Position numbers and translations under genes: made by a program. A stretch of DNA of 64,000 nt, taken from Felis catus (taxonomy: Eukaryota). The stretch's first letter is position 1. The number at the start of each line of letters is the position of its first letter. The DNA lies in NCBI RefSeq assembly GCF_018350175.1, contig NC_058368.1, positions 201,130,001 to 201,194,000 of the forward strand, read 5' to 3'. Shown here piece by piece: positions 1-12,619 of this stretch. The notes beneath the pieces are model-generated. The model saw only the letters and a program-made list of their open reading frames with translations, had not been told where the DNA came from and ran no database searches.

Positions 1-484
1 TTGGGATGGATTTAAGAGTTTCATTAGGGAAGGAGTTAGAGTGGCAGATAGTGAAGAATTATGTGCATTCCACTCATATGGCTGGTAAAATTCTCCCGTA
101 GGGATTCTATCCTTAAACAAACAAACAAACAAACAACAACAACAACAAAAAACCACACATAGATTAAGTACAGGCAAAGCTGAGCTCATAGAATAAGGAG
201 CAGGAGCAGGATGAGGCTGCAAATGGCAAATAAAAGATCAGATGAGAGATGGGAAAGATTAGAAGAAGTTTAGGAAGCATTTTGTGAGAAGAGCTAAGAA
301 AGGTGGTTCAGGATTAAATTGGAGAACACTTTATGGCTCTGGATAAGAGCTAGCAACTTTAACCATAGAAGACATCACAGAATCCAGATCAAGGGCAAAT
401 TTGCTTATCTTTTCAGGAAGGGGTGGCTAGAAGCCTTGAGTATATTTTTAAGCAGTAACAAGATTTATTAAAAATGAGTGGGAG

Positions 485-703
485 GGGTACCTGGGTGGGT
501 CACTTGGTTAAGCATCCGATTTTGACTTTGGCTCCGGTCATGATCTCATGGTTCCTGAGTTCAAGCCCCATGTTGGCTTCTGTGCTGACAGCTCAGAGCC
601 TGGAACCTGCTTTGGATTCTCTGTTTCCCTCTGTCTCTGCCCCTCCCATGCTCACACTCTGTCTCTCTCTCTCTCAAAAATAAATAAAACATTATTTTTT
701 TTT
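485..703 (+). mobile_element. CAN-SINE (SINEC, felid type)
   Basis: GGGGTACCTGGGTGG head, B-box-like GAGTTCAAGCCC, (CT)n and AATAAA tail; flanked by AAATGAGTGGGAG at 472-484 and 704-716. Confidence 0.95.
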
Positions 704-717
704 AAATGAGTGGGAGA

Positions 718-943
718 GGGGCGCATGGGTGGCTCAGTCAGTTATGTGTCTGACTTCAGCTCCAGTCATGATCTCACAGTCCATGAGTTCGATCCCTGCG
801 TCAGGCTTCGTGTTGACAGTTCAGAGCCTGGAGCCTGCTTAAGATTCTGTGTCTTCCTCTCTCTCTCTCTCTCTGCCCCTCTCTTGCTCACGTTCTGTCT
901 CTCTCTCTCAAAAATAAATAAACATTAAAAAAATTAATTAAAA
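718..943 (+). mobile_element. CAN-SINE (SINEC, felid type)
   Basis: GGGGCGCATGGGTGGCTCAGTC head, (CT)n and A-rich tail; TSD AAATGAGTGGGAGA at 704-717 and 944-957. Confidence 0.95.
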
Positions 944-1869
944 AAATGAGTGGGAGATTGATGATTCAAAAGAGAAAGGATAATCTAATGTTCAAAGTCC
1001 TAGGAGAGGATGAAACTTTGGGAGAAGAGTTATCTTTGGAGGGAGGGGGAGATGGGAGTAGTTTTGTTTTTGTTTTTGTTTTGTTCTGAGTAAAATGAAA
1101 TATTATTAGGTGGGGAAAAGAGGTAAACAAGCATGATCATAAGCCTGAAGGAATACAAAGTTTTCATTTTTCACTGAATTAGAGATTGCGATTGAAAAGA
1201 ATGATAAAGGAATTGGCAGTCTGAGAACAGAAGAAATCATTTAAAACAACTTCTATGTGCATTGGGAAATTTGAATAAAAACAAGATAAATGACTTAGAT
1301 GACTTAGAAAAAAGATTACTGTGTAGTATCAAGGGCCCATCTTAGGTTGGAAATCATACATTTATAGTGAAGTCAATCCACATGGTTCTGTAATTTTCTC
1401 CAGCTATATCCAAATTGCCTGAGAACAGAATTAGAGAAAATTGATAGTTTGGTGGAACCAGGGTGAGGATTAACTGGCGAACTGAAACCAATGTGTCAAT
1501 GGGTTAGGAAATTGAAAATGATAAGGAAGGTAGAGATGAAATAACTGACTGTGGCACCCGTTATGATTTGGATATGAAGTGAAACAATAAAGAAACTAAG
1601 AGACACGTGGAATAAAATGTAATTAAGGAGTTGATGGTAGTTTAAAGTCAGAAGCAATGTTTTGTAGACACGGGAGAGACAGAATGATGGCAAGCTACAA
1701 CGTCGGGAAAGAAGATTACTAATGTAGAAGATTTTGAGTTGTCGACCGAATTCATAAATTAAGCAGGAAAGTGGAATAATATGAAGGATTTTAGCCAATC
1801 TCTTAAAAATATCAAAAGGGCGTCAGGAGGACCCCAATCTTGCCTCTGCTCTCCATGTAACGAGGTGGA

Positions 1870-2620
1870 TGGAGTATTAACGTTCTAGAATCAGACAGAA
1901 CTAGGTTCAAATCCTGGTTTTTTCCTCTGATGTGGTAACTACGGGCAAGTTACTCTTCTGTGTTTTGCTCTTCTTATCCATAAAATGAGAATGTATATAT
2001 TTCCTAAAATTATTGGAAAGATTATATAAGAGGTAAGTGTACAGTGTAAGCAGATAACAAGTGGTTTACACCACAAACTCTGGAGTGACACTTGCTTGTG
2101 TTTGAATCCTAGCTCTGCCACATACTGGTTTTACAACCTTATGCAAATTAAACTTTCCCTATGCCTCAGTTTCCTTGAATGGAAATTTAAATAATAACAG
2201 TAATTAGGGGCGCCTGGGTGGCTTGGTCGGTTAAGCATCTGACTTCGGCTCAGGTCATGATCTCATGGTCCGTGAGTTCGAGCCCCGCGTCAGGCTCTGT
2301 GCTGACAGCTCAGAGCCTGGAGTTTGTTTCAGATTCTGTGTCTCCCTCTCTCTCTGCCCCTCCCCTGTTCACGCTCGGTCTCTCTCTGTCTCAAAAATAA
2401 ATAAACGTTAAAAAAAAATAATAACAGTAATTAATTCATATGGTTGTGTGAGGATTAAGTGAAGCATATGGAATTGCTGCTCATTGATAATTTTTAACCT
2501 GCGAAAATGGTAATTTCATATGGTTTAACATGTAGTTTACATTTGGTAGTACACGTAAGTTGCCTAAAATGGAATGTGGCACATAGTAAGTGATCAACAA
2601 AAGTTATTACCAATTGATAG
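1870..2620 (+). mobile_element. MIR relics, interrupted by a CAN-SINE
   Basis: MIR core-like motifs (GGTTCAAATCCTGG, TTGAATCCTAGCTCTGCCAC, GCCTCAGTTTCC, GTTGTGTGAGGATTAAGTGA); boundaries approximate. Confidence 0.7.
2207..2415 (+). mobile_element. CAN-SINE, fairly young
   Basis: Canonical head with many CpGs retained; perfect 18-bp TSD AAATAATAACAGTAATTA at 2189-2206 and 2416-2433. Confidence 0.97.
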
Positions 2621-2749
2621 CAACTATTACTACTTTTGCTGACATGACTAATAAAATAAGAAATCTCAATGTGAAAAACTCATGATAGCTTCAGGGTTAA
2701 CAGTGAGAAGACAGAAGAAAGATCACTGAAAGAAACATTAATACATATG

Positions 2750-2788
2750 CATACATACATACATACATACATACATACATACATACAT
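2750..2788. repeat. (TACA)n microsatellite
   Basis: Read directly from sequence. Confidence 0.95.
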
Positions 2789-4279
2789 CCAAATTGTTTA
2801 TCAAAAGAATAGGGTTCTAAAAGTCATGCATTCTACCATTTCCCCTAGTTTAAAGCTGCTTTTCTTCCTGCCTGGATAACTGCAGTTTTTGCCCAATTTA
2901 ATTCTTGGGCTTCAGTTTGACCTCTCTGATGCCTTTAACATAACACTTTGAAATTAATCTTCCTTAAAAGCTGATTTTCATGTACCTTTCCTTCCTTGAA
3001 AAAAATAAGTAAAATTCATATGTGTTAAGGTCATCTTCAGAACTGAATTGATTTGGCCCAAAATGATCCTCAAAGCCTATCCTCCTATATGCCCTACTCA
3101 AGCCAATTGCTTCAGTTAAACCAGGCTACTTCTGGCTTTGCGAATATGATGTACACGTCTCCACCTTGTCTAGCTCCACACTTCAGAGATCATAGTTATG
3201 GCCTATTCGTACGAAGGTCAATTTTAAATCCATGTTGACTATTAAACCATTAGCTTCTCCATTTCACTTGTATCTCTCTCATATCTGAGCTTCTTAACAA
3301 AATATATCTGTAATATGACCTTCCATTTTTATTTGTGTGCGTGTTCATGTGTATTCTATCTTCTCATGAGTCTGCAGGCATCTTAACGATTGAAAGCAAA
3401 TCTGAAATCTATTTGGATTATCCCCTAAACTGACACAGTTGCCTTGCATAAGATCATTATAATGTTTATAAATTTTTGTAATAGTTTTGGGATGGCAAAT
3501 ATTGAGAGAACCAAAAGCAAAGAATGTAAATCTTCTATATGCTTGTTAGTATACTAAATATTCCCAAATCAGATGTGAAATGTTTTAAATAGCAGCATTT
3601 AGAAGAGAACAGTGAAAAGCTTAGTTCCCGTCTTTCTTACATCTATACTAGCGTAAGGTCTCTTGGATTGGTCTTACAGATAAGACAGACGAGAATCCAA
3701 AAACAAAGTCACAAAGGCCAAAGACTTGTTAAGATAACTGCTGGGCATTTTGTTATTCATGCTTCTGAATAATGGAATATAAGGTTACATGTTCATGACT
3801 GGCCATACAGACAGTACTCTAAACAATCAAGTAGTTCTTTCTAATGAGTCCTGTGGTTACATTTGGAAATACTTGAGTTATGTGTAAGATCACTGGGAAA
3901 TTATCTCATTGGAATTCCTTAGGTGTATATTACTGTTACATTAAGAAAAATTCATAGAAAATCAAAGATAAGTAAAATTTTAGAGCTCAAAGCATATATT
4001 TTGAAAATGAGGCCCAGAAAGATTAAGCCACAAATTCAAACTCAAGGCATTGACTTTCAACTCTTTGTTGTATAGTAGTCTATTTTAAGTCTGGAAAATG
4101 ACAAATTATTATGTAAGCATTATGTGTTCATATGTGAAGTAAATAATAACAAAGGAGGGTTTTTTGTTAAGGAAGGCCATTTAGATAGTTTTTTCCTTTC
4201 CCTTTTAACTCCATTCATAGATACGTGATCACACGTATATATTACATATTCACCTGTACATACTAGTAAAGGATATATA

Positions 4280-4990
4280 TTGGTTAGTATGTAAGTTAAG
4301 CTGCTATAACAATGACTCCCAAATAAAATACTTTGACTGAAAACAGATGTTTACTTCTCCTTCTTGTCCCAGCTTGGTTGGTCCAGGATGAAAGATCTTT
4401 GTGCTGCAAGTTATCATTCGAAGATCCAGATTCCTTCCATCTTCAGGCTTTGTCATTTTGTAGAACATTATCCTCCTCTGCATGTTTGGAGCTTACTCCC
4501 AATCCAGTCCGTGTTCCTGTTCATAAGAAAGGGGTGCTGGGGCACCTGGGTGGCTCTGTTGGTTAAGCATCCAACTTCAGCTCAGGTCATGATCTCAGGG
4601 TTCGTGAGTTTGAGCCCTGCGTTGGGCTCTGTGCTGACAGTGCAGAGACTGGAGCCTGCTTTAGATTCTGTGTCTCCTCCTCTCTCTGCTCCCTGCCCCC
4701 CCTCCCCACTCGTGCTCTGTCTCTCTCTCTCTCTCTCAAAAATTAACAAAAAATTTAAATTAATAATAAGAAAAGAGTGGAAACCAGGGCAGTAGTTTGT
4801 GTTCAGTTGGAAATATCAAACTTTGCAGACATCTTTTCTGATAACATCAGAATGGCCTGAATTTATTATTAGAGTCAAAATTAGCTGCAAGAAAATTTGA
4901 AAAATGGAAACTACCCGAGAAGTCATGTGCTCAGTGTAAACTTGGAGGATTCTAGTAACAAAAAGAAAAAGAAAATGGAAGCATTTGTGC
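4280..4990. mobile_element. Old LTR relic (MLT1/LTR33-like), interrupted by a SINE
   Basis: GCTGCTATAACAA...CCCAAA terminus and CCAGATTCCTTCCATCTT motif typical of MaLR/ERVL LTRs; highly diverged. Confidence 0.45.
4539..4765 (+). mobile_element. CAN-SINE
   Basis: GGGGCACCTGGGTGGCTC head, (CT)n, A-rich tail; degenerate TSD ATAAGAAA. Confidence 0.95.
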
Positions 4991-6858
4991 ACATGCAGAT
5001 ATTTATTTGTTAATATAATCATTCAGTCATTCAAGAAATATTTAATGAGCATCATATTATGTGCTGGACATTGTGGGTGGTGCAGAGACCATTAAACTTA
5101 TCCCAGCCATGAAGCAGCTTACAGTGTAAGGGAGAAAACCGAAAATGAAATGAGTCTATAGTGAAAGTTAACATAAATAGGAAGACAGAACATTAGGTCC
5201 AAACTTTAAGCCACACAGGGTTAGTAATAACTGCAATGCTTATCTATTTTCGTTCTCCTCCTTTCTGTCTACATGGCTTTCATATAAAAATTAAGTAAAG
5301 TGATTTCAATTACTCATGTAAGAGTTCAGTACAAGAAAACAAGGTAAATATAATTGTAACTGACATCAGGTTGGAAACATTCTAGGCAAAAATCTTAATT
5401 TGAAAATATTTTGAGAAACTCTTTCAGTTAATTGTTTCAACTATTTAGCCCCATTGGTGCAGAGTTTCAAATACACCATGGCAAACTGATGGCTGCCGTC
5501 CATTCCCCTTCACTGTGTTTAGGTGAGAGCTAAACACAATGCAGAAGGCAAAAGGCATTGCCTCCTCTGTACGCATAGTCTCTAGGCCTGTGTTCTGAAT
5601 TGTCAGATACGCACCTGAGTATCAACCCTAACTATTGCTTCAGGCTGCAACATTGGTAGAAAAGCCTCCAATACACCCTCCCCCAAATATTTTTTTTCCA
5701 AACATTGTGAGCACCATCCACCATCTTACATCAAAAGGGAGATTCACCTATCCTTTTAACTACCTTGTTTTTCCCTCTTCTGACTTCATAATTTAAATGA
5801 CTTAAAATAAATGTTTTGTAAAAGCAACCAAATTGGCAAAAGCTTTTTCATAAATCAAGACATAATCTGTCCTTCAGTATGCTTCTCTGAATTGTTCAAA
5901 ACATGGGAGACTTATATGGTGCAGAGCATCAATTGTTCAGACATCAATTCACACATCAATGATTCCACTAGTGTTTATTGAGTATCTGCTATGTGGTATG
6001 CATTGGACAAATCCATGGGAATACAATGGGGAAAAGGGAAGCCATGCTGTTTTATGAAATCATTGTAAAAAACATCAATCACGGGCTGGTTTTGCCATTT
6101 CTCACACGTGCTTAATGCATTCTGTACTCAGAAAAGTTTATTTCTGTAACAAAACAGAAATTAGCATGTCCCTGTTGACAGCAGCTTTTTTATTCTATCT
6201 AACAGTTCTTCACATTTCAAGATTCCTAAACTTTTTTTTAATCAACTCTATTGAGGTATAATTTACATACAATAGAATTCCCCTATTTTAAGGGTTAGCT
6301 GAGTTTTGACAAATGTACATCCCCATGTAACCACCACCAAAATCACTTTGTTTATCTTGAATGAAGTCATATCTGGACTGCTTAATTGAAGGGTGCACAG
6401 TAATGACTATGGAGCAGATGGGCACTTAGACATCAGCACTCCCTCCTAACGTGCTAAGTAGAGTCATTATGCAAAGTGAATAACTCTAAGGGTGAGGATA
6501 TCCTCAACAACCTCACTCCTACTTGTGGGTTGGAAATTAGGCATAAGAAGGCCAATTGCCAGATAATGCTGTTGCTCTGAAGCTTGTGTACAAACTGAAA
6601 GATTGAAGTGCACCCTTTCAGCACCAGGATTCGTGCCCAGTGGCTCCACTCTCCCCTCCAAGGCTTGCACCAGCCAAAGTAATACTGCTACAGCCTCTTA
6701 GCATTCTTCCTCAGCTCACCCTGTAGACAAGCATGTTGTCCTGTCTGGAGTGCCCTCTTCACCAACACATTCCAAGCTGCTTTGGCTCGGGAGAATCTAA
6801 ACTTATGCATGATGACAGATAACTGAAATCTTTTAAGAGAACTCCAGGAAGAAAGAAC

Positions 6859-6861
<3 letters not shown>

Positions 6862-6916
<55 letters not shown>
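6862..6916. repeat. (GA)n microsatellite
   Basis: Read directly from sequence. Confidence 0.95.
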
Positions 6917-6920
<4 letters not shown>

Positions 6921-7503
6921 AAGAAAGAGGAGCGCGTTAATTCACACTGTGTAGTCAGCTACTTCAGCTGACAGAAATACAATTCTTTCAAATGGAAGAA
7001 GTTTCAATGATAACCTTGTTGGGAAATGATATCAAAGGACAAAGGTGTCACTTTTAAATGTGTAACTTAGTACTATCAGCACTGTTCATTTCTCTGGCCA
7101 TTTTAACTCTTAAAACTGCCGCAATGGGGGTATCACTTATATACAAGACAAGTTGGTCAAGAGGGTACAAGAGTATATGTATGCAGAATACATAATATAT
7201 TGTACAGTTAAGGTAATTGTACTTATTAAACTAAAAATATGTACTAGCTTAGTTGTCTTAAGTTAGATATTAATCTTTCCCCCTCTTAGTTCTACCATTT
7301 TCATTTGGGGGACCAGTTTATACCTGGAAAAGTACTTCCTATCACTCACAACATATTTAGTAGTGGTTCTAAAAAAAACAGTGGGTTTAGTTTAATAACT
7401 GTGTCACAACTAGTAGCTTTAGTGGAAGGTTCAAATAGTCCGTGAAGCTAATGTTAATGATCAGGTAAAAAATGAACTATCAATCCCTTAATTAGATAGT
7501 CAA

Positions 7504-7504
<1 letters not shown>

Positions 7505-7561
<57 letters not shown>

Positions 7562-7569
7562 GTGTGTGT
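7505..7569. repeat. (TG)n microsatellite
   Basis: Read directly from sequence. Confidence 0.95.
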
Positions 7570-8122
7570 AAGTAGATTTTTACCCAACCAGTTGTTAGCT
7601 TGTCTTTTTCTATTTTTATTTGTATACTCAAAATGCTTTTGATCTTTGATGTGTTTTTTTTAATTTCTGAAAGTTGAGGTGAAAAAATGAACCAGGTTAT
7701 ATATCAAAATACTTTTCATGCCTGACTTAGGTTTAAAGATTTATATCCCAAGTCATCTAGTCATTTACCTGGTCTGTTCACCTCTTGTAATTTTGAAATG
7801 TAAATGTCTGGAATTATTATTTAAAAAACTTCAATTTTAAGTTCAATATATGAAGACTAAGATATTGGTATAAGAATATATTTTTTAATAAAGTTTGCTT
7901 TATTAATTTTATTGAAAATTGCTCTGTTAATAACTAGAGAGAAAAAACATGCCAGTATTCTACCTTGTCTTCTTTCATTAGTAAATTAAGACTTTAAAAC
8001 TCAATTAAACTTATTAGAAAAACTCATAAGCATCATTCACTTTTTCTGCATCAATTACTTTCATAAAATAGGCATATTCATTAAAACAAGATTCATTTAT
8101 TTTAAAAAAGGTGATTTGACTC

Positions 8123-8538
8123 AATTCCAGCTAGTTAACATACAGTGTTGTATTAGTTTTAGGTGTACAATATGGTAATTCATCACTTCTGTACATTACC
8201 TGGTGCTCATCACAAGTGCTCCCTCTAATCCCCATCTCCTATTTAACCCACCCCTTCACCCACCTTCCCTCTGATAATTATCAATTTGTTCTCTGTAGTT
8301 AAGAGACTGTTCCTTGATTTGTCTCTCTCTATTTTTTTCCCTTTGCTTGTTTGTTTTGTTTCTTAAATTCTATGTATGAGTGAAATCATACAGTAGCTAT
8401 CTTTCTCTGACTGACTTACTCACTTAGCATTATATTCTCTAGCTCCATCCATGTCATTGCCAATGGCAAGATTTCATTCTTTTATATGGCTGACCACTCT
8501 TCTACTGTGTATATATCCACATATCCATATATATATCC

Positions 8539-8593
<55 letters not shown>

Positions 8594-9469
8594 ATTTTCT
8601 TTATCCATTCATCAATCAGTGGGCACTTAGGCTGCTTCCTTATCTTGGCTATTGTAAATGATGCTGCTATAAAGGTGCATGTATCCCTTTGAATCAGTGT
8701 TCTTGTATTTGGGTAAATACCCAGTAGTTCAGGTGATGGATCATAGAGCACTTCAATTTTTAACTTTTTGTGGAACCTTCATACGTTTTCCACAGTGGCT
8801 TCACCAGTTTGCATTCCCACCAACAGTGCACAAGTATTCTTTTTTCTCCACATCCTTGCCAACACCTCTTGTTTCCTGTTGTTGATTTTAGTAATTCTGA
8901 CAGGTGTGAGATGATATCTTATTGTAGTTTTGATTTGCATTTTCCTGATGCTAAGTGATGATGAGCATCTTTTCACATGTCTGTTGGCCATCTGGATGTC
9001 TTCTTTAAAGAACTGTCTGTTCATTTCTTCTGCCCATTTGTAATTTTATTAGATATGTCATTTGCAAATATCTTCTCTTATTCCATAGGTTGCCTTTTAG
9101 TTTTGCTGATCATGTCCTTCACTGTGCAAAAGCTTTTTATTTTTAGTCCCAATAGTTTATTTTTGCTTTTACTTCCCTTGTGTCAGGAGACATATCTAGA
9201 AAGAAGCTTCTATAACCAATGTCAAAGAAGTTACTGTCTGTGTTCTCTTCTAGGGGTTTTATGGTTTCCTGTGTCACATCTAGGTCTTTAACCATTTTAA
9301 ATTTATTTTTGTGTATAAAAAAGTGGTCCAGTTTCATTTTTTTGCATGTTGCTGTCCAGTTTTCCCAACACCATTTGTTGAATAGACTGTCTTTTTCCCA
9401 TTGGATATTCTTTCCTGTTGTGTCAAATATTAATTAATTGACCATATAGTTGTGGTTTTATTTCTGGAT
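8123..9469 (-). mobile_element. 5'-truncated carnivore L1 (ORF2 C-terminus plus 3'UTR)
   Basis: Minus-strand ORF fragments [29 protein letters not shown] and MKLDHF..INYWD match the L1 ORF2 C-terminus; internal (AT)n at ~8510-8590. Confidence 0.93.
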
Positions 9470-9725
9470 TGACTTGACTCTAATCTTAATGGTTCTCAAC
9501 TTGAACTTAGATATCTCTAAGTTTAACATAGGTAACTCTTTGTTATTTGAAGTTAACTGTAACAGCAAGTATTAATATTCTGTAGCCAAATTTAAAAGTG
9601 CTTCAACAATTCACTTCGAAAGGATGAGGGAGGTTTTTAACATTAGCGTTCTACCTGAGTAAAAATAATCCTGAGTCCTAACTGTTCCATATTATCTACT
9701 CTCATTCAACATCTATTCAAGAGAT

Positions 9726-9917
9726 TTTTTTAAGTTTATTTATGTATTTTGGGGGCAGGGGAAGGACAGAGAGAGTGAGGGAGAGAGAATACCAAGCAGT
9801 GTCCTTACTGTCACCATGGAGCCCAACACAGAGTTCGATTGCATGAACTGTAAGACCATGACCTGAGCCAAAATCAACAGTTGGACGCTGAACTGACTGA
9901 ACCACCCAGGCATCCCC
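9726..9917 (-). mobile_element. CAN-SINE, older
   Basis: Reverse-complement SINE head CCACCCAGGCATCCC; TSD TCAAGAGAT at 9717 and 9918. Confidence 0.9.
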
Positions 9918-12309
9918 TCAAGAGATATTTTTAAGTGTCTAGTACATGAGAATCCCTTTTTTGCCTTATAGAATATGCCCAAAATATTAACACTGATCAA
10001 AAAAAAAAAACATGAAAAAAAGAAAAAGGCAAGGAGTCTAATTCTCTTTTAGCTTTCCAGGTACTTTTTTATTTCTTTTTGTAGAAATATGCCTTCCAGG
10101 GTCATAATTGGAGGTAAACCCTCTCTCTGTTTGCCCAAGAGTAAAGAGAATAATCCCCCAACACCAACTCCCACAAACACACTTGCTTTAACTCAGCTTC
10201 CCCTGTGAATTTAGGATAGTCACATCTCTATCCTGAATCAGATGAGCAAGATGATGAGTCCTTTTTCATTAACGATATGGCATACTGTCTAGTTGCAGAA
10301 TTCTTTTGGGGCAGAAGGATCTTCTTTTGGGGCCTGCTAATCTCCAGTAAAAAATAATTACTCCCTTCAAAAACCATGCATATGGAATGATACCATGTCA
10401 TAGGAAAACATTAGTAAAATAGTATCTTACTGCATTTTCTTGGAAAGAGCCATGTACCAAAAATGCCATTACTCCACTTGAATCATTGACCCTGACACTA
10501 GACATGGCATCATATTCTTTATTACCAATTCAAGGGAAGTCCTTTCATTTTTAATTTTAAGTCCATTGTTGTTATAATTCCTAAATAAATGCTAACATTT
10601 TTCTCAGTTTCCAATGAACCCCCCTAACTAAGGGGTTTTGATATTTCCATTTGATATTTCCATTACTTCTTATATCACTTTATTATCTAGTGTTGGAGTA
10701 AGGAATAAATGTATAAAATGATTTTCCCCAAAATTAGTTTTTCACATTCTTTTTAAAAACCTGGTCTATAATAACCAAAGTTACTATGGGAATATTTATG
10801 CATTAGAACTAGCTTTCACAGCTGAATTACTTTTTCTAAAAAATAATTTTTAAAGCTGCATTGAATACTTAGTATATATTTCATAAAATGTACCATAGCC
10901 CTTCATTGAGTTGCTTCAAAAATAAATATTTTCCAAACAGTCAAGGGCAACTAAGAATCCCCAGATGCCATATTCTAATGTCATGAAGAAGCATGACTTT
11001 TGTCCCATTTCTAAGAATGGAATTACTATCACTAATACAGGTCATTATTTATGACTCTTAGTTTCTAAATGGGAATATAGAAATAAAAATTTTTAAAGGC
11101 CTAAAATAATAAAAAATAATAAAGATAATTAAGGATTCTACCACCATTAAGCCACCATTATGACAACGGTACATATCACACCAGATCATTATTATTATAA
11201 TAAAGAGATTTTTGCCCCATTTCTTCAGAAACCTAACAATGAGAAAATATATCAAACTCAAAAATTTTTGCTGAAATTTGAATTAAAAACTTATTAGAGG
11301 AGCCAAGATGGTGGAACAGCATGGAAGATTTTTGTGTGTCTCGCGTCCATGAAATATAGCCAGACCAACACTAAACCATCCTACACACCTAGAAAACCGA
11401 TTGGAAGATTAACACAACAATCTGCACAACGTGAACCACAGAATTCAGCAGGTACACGACACGAAGCGCTGAACTTGGGGAGCAAGAAGCCCCGAAAAGT
11501 AGGGAAACCCTTTTGCAGGCAGAGAGAGGATGGAGACTGGGGGGGGGGGGAGCATACAGGAAAAGTACCTCTCCCCAACAGCAGCTGAAGAGAAAGTGGA
11601 AAATTGGAAACAGCCGCAGGGACTAAACTAAAAAGGGAGAAAGGAGAAAGGAGAGGGTTTAAACTCCATTAAGACTGTAAACAAGGGGAGCGCAGAGGCT
11701 GCAACTCCACAGCTACATACCTGGTGGTGCTCTGGTGGGAAAGCTGAATCCCCAGGAACGGAGTGGGGTTCGGGAGGTTCTCAGGCCACACGGGGAAAAG
11801 CGGTTCCACTGCTGGAAGGACATTTGGTAGAGACTGTTGAAGCCACCTGGTCCCAGCAGACCCCGGAAGGCAGCCACAATTGCTGGTGCTGGGGCAAGGT
11901 TGTTGAGGGTGAAGCCTGGTGCCAGATGTGTGTTGCGATTTTCCATGGTCCCTGAAACGCCGAGGCTACACTGTCTCGTGATTTTTGGAGGGGGCGGGCT
12001 GGCACCTGGCCACAGTCTCGGGGCACCGGCAACAGCAGGGTCCAGCAGGCATTCCTGGGTGCAGCCGACATTCGGCCACTCCTCATTCAGCCATTGCTCA
12101 ATGAGACCCTCCCGCAGAGGGGCGGAGCGGGTCAAACCCGCAGTCCTTCGGAAGTAAGGGGCCGGGGAAAACAGCCGCATCTGAGACAAAACTTGGGAGA
12201 CAGGTACTGCTGGGCCTGGTCACAGAGGGTGGTAAAGTGGGGAGTGGACGAGAGCTGAAGATGGAGGACCGGTGCGCAATTGCTGATTCGGGAGAACAGA
12301 CTGGGTGGT

Positions 12310-12405
12310 GGGGCGCCATTTTTCACCGCTCCCGCGCATGCGCATGCGCACCCACGAGCACCTCAACAATCCACCCCAGTAGGCTAACAGCGCCATCTAG
12401 TGGAG
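12310..12405 (-). promoter_or_regulatory. Candidate antisense promoter module in the L1 5'UTR (YY1, NRF1 x2, CTCF motifs)
   Basis: CGCCATTTT 12314-12322 (YY1 AAAATGGCG on minus), GCGCATGCGCATGCGC 12334-12349, GCGCCATCTAGTGG 12390-12403; motif evidence only. Confidence 0.55.
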
Positions 12406-12619
12406 ATCAGAGCTGTTACACCGAGCCCCGCCCAACTGGGTCAACTTTGCTCTTCAAGAACACAAAGCTCACCGCAGGCTTAATCTATGGACTATAAACA
12501 GCTACATGGACTGACCTCTAGGGGAAAACGAAGCAATTTCAGTCCTACTTCAATCTGTTAGCAGGTTCATCTATTCAATTTTTTTTCTCTTTTTCCTTTT
12601 TCTCTTTTACAATTCTTTT

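Noticed and set aside
474..928. Recurrent ~60-90-aa ORFs ending LCLSLSQK/LSKINKH (also 2218, 4364, 22716, 48827, 51799, 53881, 60744)
   Set aside because: Translations of CAN-SINE bodies, not a gene family
10616..10640. Short hairpin followed by Ts, resembling a bacterial terminator
   Set aside because: Mammalian DNA; the stem is short and expected by chance
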